Below, one piece after another: positions 29,128 through 36,592 of a DNA stretch of 64,000 nt. Source of the DNA: Alphaproteobacteria bacterium (GTDB lineage Bacteria; Pseudomonadota; Alphaproteobacteria; JANQMY01); assembly GCA_028289425.1 (NCBI GenBank), contig JANQPL010000014.1, forward strand, positions 122,170 through 186,169. Reading direction: 5' to 3'. The notes below the pieces were generated by a model. That model was given only the letters and a program-made list of their open reading frames with translations. It made no database searches and was not told where the DNA came from. The stretch's first letter is position 1; every line of letters starts with the position of its first letter. Made by a program: the position numbers and the translations under genes.

Positions 29128-31218
29128 ATGGAACGCAAACTGACAACAATCGTCGCCATGGATGTTGTCGGGTACAGCAGCCTCATGGAACGCGACGAGG
29201 TAAGCACTTTCGCCGACCTGAAAACGCTGCGCACGTCTATTGTCGATCCCGCCGTCAATAATAACGGCGGTCGCGTCGTCAAGCTGATGGGGGATGGCAC
29301 ACTGATCGACTTCCCCAGCGTCGTCAGCGCTCTTGAATGCACGATCGCCATTCAAAAAGAGCTTGCCGCAGCTCAAAACGCCGCTGCCGATGGACGGGCC
29401 ATGCGATTGCGTATCGGCATCCACTTAGGCGATGTGATGGTTGAAGGCGATGACATCTATGGAGACGGTGTAAATGTCGCCGCACGCTTGGAGACCGTCG
29501 CAGATCCGGGAAGCATTGTGATCTCCAAACAAGTTCACGATCAGGTTGAGGGGAAGGTTTCTGTCTCCTTCACACCATTGGGCGGCCAATCGGTGAAAAA
29601 CATCCGCCGCCCGATCGAAGCCTATAGTGTTCAATGGCGCGAAGAAGAACCCAACACTGAGAATTTGCGGTTCGGCGATTTCGAACTGGACCTTGCCCGC
29701 TTTGAGCTCCGCAAAAGCGGTGTGCATGTGCCGATGGAACCGCAAGCTTTCGACCTGCTGGTTTATTTGGCGCGGCATGCGGATCGAACGGTTACAAAGT
29801 CGGAGTTGTTTGAGAACATTTGGGACGGCCGGATCGTTTCTGAAACGGCGCTGAGCAGCCAGATCAAAACTGTCCGCAAAGCCGTCGGCGATGACGGCAA
29901 TGCCCAGCACACCATACGTACCTTACATGGGCGTGGGTTCCGGTTTGTCGCAGAGCTTCAATCTGCCCCCATTTCGGCACCAACCGCTCCGGAACCCGAG
30001 GAAGCACCAACCATTCCAGCCATGGCGGCGAAACCGTCGGTCGCGGTACTTCCGTTCGAAAACCTCAATCGCGATCCCGACGAAGACTATTTCGCGGACG
30101 GCATTTCCGAAGACATCACCACGGCGCTTTCAAAAAACCGTTGGCTCACGGTCATTGCGCGCAATCCAGCCTTTGCCTTTCGAAACTCACCGGACAGCAT
30201 ACGGACGATCGGCAAGAAGCTGCACGCCAATTACTTGGTGACCGGCAGCGTTCGAAAGGCCGGGTCCCGCGCGCGAATCTCGGTGCAAGTTGTAGACGCG
30301 GAAACGGAACATAGCGTCTGGTCGGAACGGTTTGACCGCGACGTGGTGGATATTTTCGATCTTCAGGACGAGATCACCGAGCTGGTGACAGCGCGCATCG
30401 AATCCGAGTTGGGTCTTTCGGAACAACGCAAGGCAGAACGGTGCCCACGCAAGAATCTCGGCGCTTGGGATCTTTATCAATTGGGTGTGGCGGAATTCTA
30501 CAAATTCACCCCCGAGGCCAATGAGCGATGCCAGGAATTGTTGCGCAGATCCATCGAGGTCGATCCGGAGTTTGCCGGTGCCTATGCGCGTCTGGCTTAT
30601 GCCATCGTATTGAGCATGGTTTACTTCGATGCGGATCACAGCAGCGCGCGCATGGATGACGCGCTGAAAATTGCAAAGAAGGCGATCGAGTTGGATGACC
30701 AAGACGCCAACGCCTATTTCACCATTGGACGCGTTTATCTGGCGCGCCGGGAATATGACCTGGCGATCGATTCCCTGGAACACGCGGTCGAGTTAAACCC
30801 GAGCTTGGCGCAGACTTATTGCGGCCTCGGCGACTCGCTGGCCTATGAAGGGCGGCTTGATGAAGCCATCGAACAATTCGAAATTGCCATTCGCTTAAGC
30901 CCCCACGACCCCTTCCGTTGGGCGTTCTTTTCCTACCGGTCACTCGCCCATTTGTTTCGCGGCGAATACGGCGAGGCTGTGACGTGGGCCCGTAAGGCCA
31001 CGCAAATCCCCAACGCACAGTATTGGGCGAGCGCCCATTTGGTGGCGGCGCTCGGGCACTTAGGCGACACAAATCAAATCGCGGCCGCCCGTGCCGAGCT
31101 GTTGCGCACGAAGCCGGAATTTACACAGGCCTTCGCGCGCAAGCACTTGTTTTATCTGAAACAAGAAAACCAGATGGAAACCTATATCGACGGCCTTAAG
31201 AAGGCAGGGGTCGAATAG
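29128..31218 (+). CDS. Multidomain signalling protein: class III adenylate/guanylate cyclase domain, OmpR/PhoB-type winged-helix DNA-binding domain, and TPR repeats.
   Basis: The N-terminal cyclase domain carries the motifs TIVAMDVVGYS, KLMGDG and RIGIHLGDV...GDGVNVAARLE. A central trans_reg_C-like domain follows (FDLLVYLARHADRTVTKSELFENIW...GFRF). The C-terminal 350 aa are TPR-like helical repeats. Confidence 0.75.
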   Translation: MERKLTTIVAMDVVGYSSLMERDEVSTFADLKTLRTSIVDPAVNNNGGRVVKLMGDGTLIDFPSVVSALECTIAIQKELAAAQNAAADGRAMRLRIGIHLGDVMVEGDDIYGDGVNVAARLETVADPGSIVISKQVHDQVEGKVSVSFTPLGGQSVKNIRRPIEAYSVQWREEEPNTENLRFGDFELDLARFELRKSGVHVPMEPQAFDLLVYLARHADRTVTKSELFENIWDGRIVSETALSSQIKTVRKAVGDDGNAQHTIRTLHGRGFRFVAELQSAPISAPTAPEPEEAPTIPAMAAKPSVAVLPFENLNRDPDEDYFADGISEDITTALSKNRWLTVIARNPAFAFRNSPDSIRTIGKKLHANYLVTGSVRKAGSRARISVQVVDAETEHSVWSERFDRDVVDIFDLQDEITELVTARIESELGLSEQRKAERCPRKNLGAWDLYQLGVAEFYKFTPEANERCQELLRRSIEVDPEFAGAYARLAYAIVLSMVYFDADHSSARMDDALKIAKKAIELDDQDANAYFTIGRVYLARREYDLAIDSLEHAVELNPSLAQTYCGLGDSLAYEGRLDEAIEQFEIAIRLSPHDPFRWAFFSYRSLAHLFRGEYGEAVTWARKATQIPNAQYWASAHLVAALGHLGDTNQIAAARAELLRTKPEFTQAFARKHLFYLKQENQMETYIDGLKKAGVE

Positions 31219-31248
31219 GCAACCGCTGCCCCCAGACGCTGCCTTTCT

Positions 31249-32097
31249 TTATTCGGCAGCCGCATTGGCCATGCCGAATGATTTGTCGAAGATCTCGATG
31301 GTTTCCGACGTGGGGCCGTGAATGAAGGCAAAGCCGTCTTGCGGCGGGATCAGATAGCCAAGTGCGTGTTGAGCGGCAATCTTAGCGTCTATATGAGGCA
31401 CGTCCCGCTCGATCAGGCGGAAATGATTGGCCGCCGGATAGTGCTTACCCCAAGCGCGGAAGTCGGGCCGCGGGGTTGTCGCCCGCACCTCCACATCCAT
31501 CCGACCTTTGATGCCGGTGAGCGCGTAGCGGTCGCAGCCGGACTCGCGCCCCTCCAGCGGCTGGACGCTCACCTGCAGCACCTCTTCATAGAAGGCGCGG
31601 GCCTTTGGCCAGTCTTGCGCGCTATAATGCAGGATGGCGAAGGGCTCGGTATTCCGTGTAAGGATGGACACTTGTCCGTCCCGCCATGTGAAGCGGATGC
31701 CGTTTTCATGGGGCTCATCTACCGGTTCCGAATTGGCCCAGTCCGGATCTGCCGCCTGCATGGCGCGGTACATGTCCATGGGATCGTCCACCGGAAAGCC
31801 GATCACCAAGTCACCTTGGGCGATCCCGTCCCAAGAGCGCGGCGTCATGGCTTCCGGCATGATTTCGATCAGGTCTACCTGGTGACGGGTTGTCGGGTTT
31901 TCGACGTAATGGGTGTGATATTCATCCCCCAACACCGCGGACGTCACCTGGCCAATGTAATCTTCTTCCGTGTTCCGATAAATCAGCGGCTCCGGCGCGC
32001 CGGGCTGAAACGCGGTAAAGCCGAGCACCCGCAACACCCGCTTTGTGGCGTTGATGTCGGAACAGCTGATCCCGTGATGGGTCTGGACCAAAGTCAT
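31249..32097 (-). CDS. VOC (glyoxalase/bleomycin resistance/extradiol dioxygenase) family protein, two-domain.
   Basis: Two VOC-like beta-alpha-beta-beta-beta modules. Weak motif-level call. Confidence 0.45.
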   Translation of the reverse strand: MTLVQTHHGISCSDINATKRVLRVLGFTAFQPGAPEPLIYRNTEEDYIGQVTSAVLGDEYHTHYVENPTTRHQVDLIEIMPEAMTPRSWDGIAQGDLVIGFPVDDPMDMYRAMQAADPDWANSEPVDEPHENGIRFTWRDGQVSILTRNTEPFAILHYSAQDWPKARAFYEEVLQVSVQPLEGRESGCDRYALTGIKGRMDVEVRATTPRPDFRAWGKHYPAANHFRLIERDVPHIDAKIAAQHALGYLIPPQDGFAFIHGPTSETIEIFDKSFGMANAAAE

Positions 32098-32191
32098 GAT
32101 GACGGCCGCCTAATCGCTCTCAATTCCATTTTCCGATCCTAGGACAGACAAAAGCTTTCTGCTAGCATCGCCTCAAAGATCAACCAACAGG

Positions 32192-33067
32192 ATGAGAAAT
32201 ATGGGATCGCCGTCCATTGCGCATTACGGCACAACGATAATCGAAGCCGAGCCGTCGAAAGACGTGCCCCTGAACGAAGTGCCCAAGACGGGAGATCTTG
32301 CAAAGGCGCTGCGCCTCTTTGAAATAATGCAATTCGAACCGCTGACCGAGAACATGTATGACGGCATCGGCCGGCAATACATACTGTCGCGCGGCAAGCC
32401 CACGGATGTGGATTATGTGGAGGTGGACAATTTCACCTCGTTCCGCGCCGTGGCGCGGCCCGATGCGGGCTGCCCACGGGTGGGCGATACCCATTTCCGG
32501 ATGACGCACTCATCGCCGCAAGAGATCTACAAGCTATGGAAGGCCGAAGACCTTGTCTCCACCCTGCTGTCGGATGCGGACGAACAGGCGTTCCTGGCGG
32601 GCGACCAGGACTGGACGCTTTTTCGCGCCGCCCACGGACAGATTTTTGAGTTCGGCCCCACGCAGGCAAGCCGGGCGGGCAATCATGGCATCTATGTTTG
32701 GACCGATCCCGCGCAAGTCGGTCGTATCGCCGAAGATTTTTGTTCCGAATTCGGTATGGAGCGCGAAGGCACATTCGACTTTTTCGGCCAGGCAGACGCC
32801 CAACGCCTGGTGCGCACCTCACCCGGCATCACCATCAGCCTGCTGACGCCGAAGCCGGGCGGCTCTATTGCGCCGCGCTGGTCGGAAGACATCTTCCTGG
32901 AAGCAGGCTATGCCCACTTCCGCCTGGGCTCGCCCGACAAAGCGCACACGCGCACGGTCACCAAAGAAGCCTTTCCCGATGGGGGCGATGTGTCGTTCGT
33001 CTATTTCCACGACAGCTATTTGGAGCTGGTGCAGATCGGCGAGGATGATCCGGCCTTAGCTGCCTAA
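32192..33067 (+). CDS. Hypothetical protein (possibly VOC-like).
   Basis: 291 aa ORF with coding-like composition. The C-terminal HFRLGSPD...FVYFHD...YLELVQ is reminiscent of VOC motifs. Confidence 0.35.
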   Translation: MRNMGSPSIAHYGTTIIEAEPSKDVPLNEVPKTGDLAKALRLFEIMQFEPLTENMYDGIGRQYILSRGKPTDVDYVEVDNFTSFRAVARPDAGCPRVGDTHFRMTHSSPQEIYKLWKAEDLVSTLLSDADEQAFLAGDQDWTLFRAAHGQIFEFGPTQASRAGNHGIYVWTDPAQVGRIAEDFCSEFGMEREGTFDFFGQADAQRLVRTSPGITISLLTPKPGGSIAPRWSEDIFLEAGYAHFRLGSPDKAHTRTVTKEAFPDGGDVSFVYFHDSYLELVQIGEDDPALAA

Positions 33068-33075
33068 CGCCAACT

Positions 33076-33213
33076 GTCATCCCGTGCGCGGTGCAGCACT
33101 TCAGTGATGCATCGCAGACACGGGATCCAGTAAAGGCGAGGTCTCTGCAAACTGCACGTGGATCCCGGGTTAGCAGCGCACCGCTTGGGCGCTGCGCAGC
33201 ACCCGGGATGACG
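33076..33213. repeat. REP/BIME-like composite palindromic element, copy B.
   Basis: GTCATCCCGTG...CACGGGATCC...GGATCCCGGG...CCCGGGATGACG. It lies between two convergent genes and shares the arm consensus of copy A (12294..12476). Confidence 0.6.
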
Positions 33214-33239
33214 TTTGAGGTAGGAGCCAACGCCGGCGA

Positions 33240-34289
33240 TTACGATGAAGCCGTCCCCCGCCCCACAATCCACGGCAGATCGAGAAACGTTTTGATGCCC
33301 GGATGCGCCGCCACCACATAGGGAATGGCGTTGACCGCATGCATGCCGGTGGCAAGCAACCCGTCGCTGATCCAATCGGCCTTGAATTCCATATGCATGC
33401 GCGGTTCGCCGGAAATGGTGATGGAGTGATCCCCCTGGGGCCAGTCGGGCGCGACGCTTCCATGCATGCGCCAAACGGTTTCGTGGACAATCACTTTCTT
33501 GCCGCCCTTCATGCCAGCCCATTCCCAGTGCTGACCCGCGATGGTTCCCTTGCGGACAATACCGGCCGCGGTTTCCAGATCGTCCGGCGCGTAGGCGCGG
33601 ACCGTCTCTTCCGCAATGCCGTCAAGATCCAAGCCCAGGCCGTCGGCGATCATCTGGACGTTTTCACGAAAGAGCCCCGTCAGCCAAAACTTGTAGCGCT
33701 CGATTTGCTTGGCGAATTCTTCTTCGGTTTTGCCGAACCCCATCATGTCGAACATGATTTCGGGGGAAGGATAGAACTGGAAATTGCTGATCTCGCGCAC
33801 ATAGATCTGCTCGATGCGCTTTGACAGCGACGACATGGTGAGCGGCAGCACGTCGCCCAGCCAGCCCGGGTTGAGCCCCGTGGAATGAAATGTGGCGCCG
33901 CCCCGCCGGCAGGCCTCTTCCAATTTGTGGGTGATCTCTTCCCCATAGACCTTGGGATACATGTAGCCCACCGTGGTGATCACGTTCTTGCCCGCCGCCA
34001 GCAGCTTGCAGAAGTTCTCGATGTCGGCATAGCGGTCGTCGCCATAAACCAGCGACGGCAATGCGGTGTGGATCACCACATCCGCATGGGCATGGACGAT
34101 CTCGTCCACATGATGGGTCGATTTAACGCCAAGGGGCTCGATGCCCGCGATCACGCCCGCATCTTGCCCGGCCTTGTCGGCGGAATAGACATACAGGCCG
34201 GCAAGCTTCAGGTCGGGCCGCTCCGCCACCGCGCGGATCACATGCTTGCCCACATTGCCGCTCGACCATTGAATGACTTTGGTGACCAT
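33240..34289 (-). CDS. DapB-like NAD(P)-binding oxidoreductase (dihydrodipicolinate reductase-like / amine dehydrogenase family).
   Basis: N-terminal Rossmann motif VIQWSSGNVGKHVIRAV. The start is placed at the ATG at 34289 (MVTKVIQW). The ORF track begins at 34355. Confidence 0.55.
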   Translation of the reverse strand: MVTKVIQWSSGNVGKHVIRAVAERPDLKLAGLYVYSADKAGQDAGVIAGIEPLGVKSTHHVDEIVHAHADVVIHTALPSLVYGDDRYADIENFCKLLAAGKNVITTVGYMYPKVYGEEITHKLEEACRRGGATFHSTGLNPGWLGDVLPLTMSSLSKRIEQIYVREISNFQFYPSPEIMFDMMGFGKTEEEFAKQIERYKFWLTGLFRENVQMIADGLGLDLDGIAEETVRAYAPDDLETAAGIVRKGTIAGQHWEWAGMKGGKKVIVHETVWRMHGSVAPDWPQGDHSITISGEPRMHMEFKADWISDGLLATGMHAVNAIPYVVAAHPGIKTFLDLPWIVGRGTASS

Positions 34290-34314
34290 GGGGCACCTCC
34301 TTATATTAAGTGCT

Positions 34315-34392
34315 GGCGCCATCCTAGTGTCGTGGTTCAGAAGTTCGCAATACAATCTCAGCGAGTCCGGAAGCGAACTTCTGAACCTAAAA
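34315..34392. repeat. 78-bp hairpin element, CTAGTGTCG...CGACACTAG with inner 15-bp stem GGTTCAGAAGTTCGC. Copy 1 of a tandem pair.
   Basis: A long imperfect inverted repeat framed by CTAGTGTC / GACACTAG. It is followed directly by a diverged second copy. Confidence 0.6.
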
Positions 34393-34405
34393 CGACACTA
34401 GATTC

Positions 34406-34481
34406 AATGATTTCCTAGTGTCCTTACGAATCCGAAGTTCGTAGGGAGCAAGCTGTTTTAATGCAACGAACTTCGGATTCG
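34406..34481. repeat. 76-bp hairpin element, CTAGTGTCC...GGACACTAG with inner stem GAATCCGAAGTTCGT. Copy 2 of the tandem pair.
   Basis: Same terminal motif and a related inner stem (xxTxCxGAAGTTCGx) as copy 1. Confidence 0.6.
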
Positions 34482-34538
34482 GGACACTAGCGGGATCGCC
34501 CCGGGGACAAAGCGTTTTCGGCACAGGGCTTTAATAGA

Positions 34539-35030
34539 ATGGCGAACATGAGAAATGTGACCATCAGAGCCGCAACGCTCGACGACAAAGACGCATCGTT
34601 GCGGCTCTACGAGCAAATAGATGAGCTGCACCGTCAAGCGCGGCCGGATATCTTTCGCGTCCCCGATGGCGCACGGCGGTCAGAGACATTCCTCAAAAAG
34701 CGCATTGAGAATGACGGGTGTGCCATGTATGTGGCGCAGGCCGGGGAGACGGTCGTCGGACTTGCAACCATTATTCTGAGGCGTACACGGGAAGATTCCA
34801 TCCTGCGGAAGCAGTACTATGCGGAGGTCGACGAGATTGTCGTCGATACCGCTCACCAGCAGCGCGGCACGGGAACGCTTCTGCTGGAGGCGTGTTTGGA
34901 CTGGGCGCGCCGGCAGCCGGATGTGACCGCCGTGACGCTCGGTGTTCACGAATTTAACGCAAACGCCCGGCGGTTCTATGAGAGCAAAGGCTTCAAAACC
35001 TTCTACCGGCAGATGGAGATTGAGCTTTAG
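34539..35030 (+). CDS. GNAT family N-acetyltransferase.
   Basis: Acetyl-CoA-binding motif QQRGTGTLLLEA. 163 aa. Confidence 0.75.
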   Translation: MANMRNVTIRAATLDDKDASLRLYEQIDELHRQARPDIFRVPDGARRSETFLKKRIENDGCAMYVAQAGETVVGLATIILRRTREDSILRKQYYAEVDEIVVDTAHQQRGTGTLLLEACLDWARRQPDVTAVTLGVHEFNANARRFYESKGFKTFYRQMEIEL

Positions 35031-35085
35031 GGCTCAATTTTCGATACGAAATGGAAGGCGTTAGACACATCTTTGTCTTATCGAG

Positions 35086-35574
35086 TTAGCGCCTTCTCTT
35101 TCGCTTCTTACGGTCAGCCTTGTCTTTTTCAACGGGATAAACTTGATGCTCTGGGTCCCACCACAACAATCTTAAGATGTTTTCATGCTGCGGCCACCAA
35201 AACGCCCAAGCGCGATTTTTGCCAGTAAGTCGCAGTGAAATCAGCTCATCGAATTGGTCCATGCCCAATTTCTGCAACCTAACTTGAGCACTGCTATGTA
35301 GTTTATTGACCCCAATTCTGTGAGATCCTCCAGATTTTATTTGATCCCAGTTCTTACCTTCAAATTCGCGGAGCTTGTTGATTACTTCTAAGGCCTTGCC
35401 ACTCTCGGCAAGTTGGGACCAGCCAAAAGGACCTTCGCTGTCAGTGTTTTCAAACTTCCAGGCGAGCATCATATCGCTTTTTTTAGACGGAGCAGCGACT
35501 TTTGGGAGGCTCTTTGTATCGCGAATCCTAAATTCCGATTTTGGCCGGCGGGCTTTCCCCTTGCTTCTTTTCAC
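35086..35574 (-). CDS. Putative toxin partner of the Panacea antitoxin; 162 aa with K/R-rich termini and no recognisable domain.
   Basis: Its GTG start overlaps the antitoxin TAG stop by 1 nt (TAGTG on the minus strand). Both the N- and C-termini are basic. It lies in a low-GC islet. In-frame ATG codons also occur at 35472 and 35469. Confidence 0.5.
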   Translation of the reverse strand: MKRSKGKARRPKSEFRIRDTKSLPKVAAPSKKSDMMLAWKFENTDSEGPFGWSQLAESGKALEVINKLREFEGKNWDQIKSGGSHRIGVNKLHSSAQVRLQKLGMDQFDELISLRLTGKNRAWAFWWPQHENILRLLWWDPEHQVYPVEKDKADRKKRKRRR

Positions 35575-36005
35575 TAGAGCAAGCCGCTATAGTACTCGGC
35601 CATTGCGGAGTGAGAAATTTCTCTGTTTGAACGCGCGTCTTCCGGCAAACCCTCTCGCGCTTCCTTCCAGGGCCGTTCTCGATGAGTTAGCGCACTGAGC
35701 TGCGCTGCGCTCTTCTTCCCGTAGTATTCTACAACGACCTCAATCGTCTCTTTTTCTTCGTCTGATAGGTTACGAATGTCCCCGCTTGGAGGAGTGGAGA
35801 TATTGAACCGCCCTTTGTGCCAATCATATAGCTCGCGTACAACCGGCCCATTCGCCCACGCAAGAACCCTCTCTTTGAAAATCGGTTTCTCATCCCAAAC
35901 CAAAGACCAGGCTTGTGAGTAGTAGACGAGCTTTTGAAGCTTCATTGCACTCATCTTGCCGTGAAGCTTCACGATGTATCGAGCTACATCGAATACGTTG
36001 GACAT
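35574..36005 (-). CDS. Panacea-domain (DUF4065) SocA-like antitoxin.
   Basis: The N-terminal pattern MSNVFDVARYIVKLHG..MSAMKLQKLVYYSQAWSLVW...AWANGPVV matches the DUF4065 / SocA consensus. The start is set at the ATG at 36005. The ORF track begins at 36047. Confidence 0.75.
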   Translation of the reverse strand: MSNVFDVARYIVKLHGKMSAMKLQKLVYYSQAWSLVWDEKPIFKERVLAWANGPVVRELYDWHKGRFNISTPPSGDIRNLSDEEKETIEVVVEYYGKKSAAQLSALTHRERPWKEAREGLPEDARSNREISHSAMAEYYSGLL

Positions 36006-36038
36006 GGCGCGAATTCCTCGTACGAACCAACATAGCAA

Positions 36039-36056
36039 TTGATTCATTCAAATCAA
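36039..36056. promoter_or_regulatory. Palindromic candidate operator TTGATTCATTCAAATCAA, just upstream of the antitoxin start.
   Basis: TTGATT / AATCAA inverted repeat 34 bp upstream of the antitoxin ATG on the minus strand, within an AT-rich promoter region. Confidence 0.4.
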
Positions 36057-36276
36057 TAGGTTGCATATTCGTGAGTCTAAACAATAAGTTACTTACAAAG
36101 CCTCACCAACGAAACCGTGTTATTTCAATCTTGGAAAACACAAAGATCGCGACTTCGGCAAGCCATAGAGTTAGCTGGTAGCAGAGATACCTATTCGTGT
36201 ATAATTCTTAATCCGAGGGGAGGCCCCGGTACGCATGAGAGATTCCGATGGCCTCGACAGATTTCCGCCCACTCAT

Positions 36277-36307
36277 GGCCCGCAATAGCGGGCCATTCGT
36301 GTTTTTG
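36277..36307 (+). terminator. Rho-independent-terminator-like hairpin GGCCCGCAATAGCGGGCC followed by ATTCGTGTTTTT.
   Basis: A 7-bp GC stem followed by a T-run on the plus strand. It sits in the 550-bp leader between the TA islet and the Rieske oxygenase gene. Confidence 0.4.
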
Positions 36308-36395
36308 GACCCTGCCGACAGGGGGGCCAGATCCCGAAATCGGGATGAACCCCATGCGCCCATCTTTTCAATAGATATTGAAGGTGCCTCGCCGG

Positions 36396-36460
36396 CCCGC
36401 TCCCCCGTCCCAACCACCCGCCAGGGTACCGTATTCGGGCGGTTGGGACGGGAGAGCGGG
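36396..36460. repeat. C-rich hairpin element, copy 2: CCCGCTCCCCCGTCCCAACC / GGTTGGGACGGGAGAGCGGG.
   Basis: 20-bp arms with one mismatch. The loop (ACCCGCCAGGGTACC...) is related to the loop of copy 1 at 22541..22613. Confidence 0.6.
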
Positions 36461-36488
36461 TGGCCTGGTCATCCGTCAAACAAAGCCG

Positions 36489-36502
36489 TTGATCTAGATC
36501 AA
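36489..36502. promoter_or_regulatory. Perfect 14-bp palindrome TTGATCTAGATCAA, about 90 bp upstream of the Rieske oxygenase start.
   Basis: Exact dyad symmetry. A related TTGATC-N10-GATCAA lies at 6188..6209, also about 90 bp upstream of an oxidoreductase gene. Confidence 0.35.
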
Positions 36503-36592
36503 TCGCAAATTACAACGCGCGTGGCAAAATTCTGCTCATGGACCCGGCCGCGGACCCAAGCGGCGGGCGTCTCTCACGGGAGGAGAGTGCAC

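Noticed and set aside
34539-35030. GNAT acetyltransferase as a possible GNAT-type toxin.
   Set aside because: No upstream small RHH/DUF1778 antitoxin ORF. The upstream space is occupied by the tandem hairpin elements, so it is more likely an ordinary acetyltransferase.
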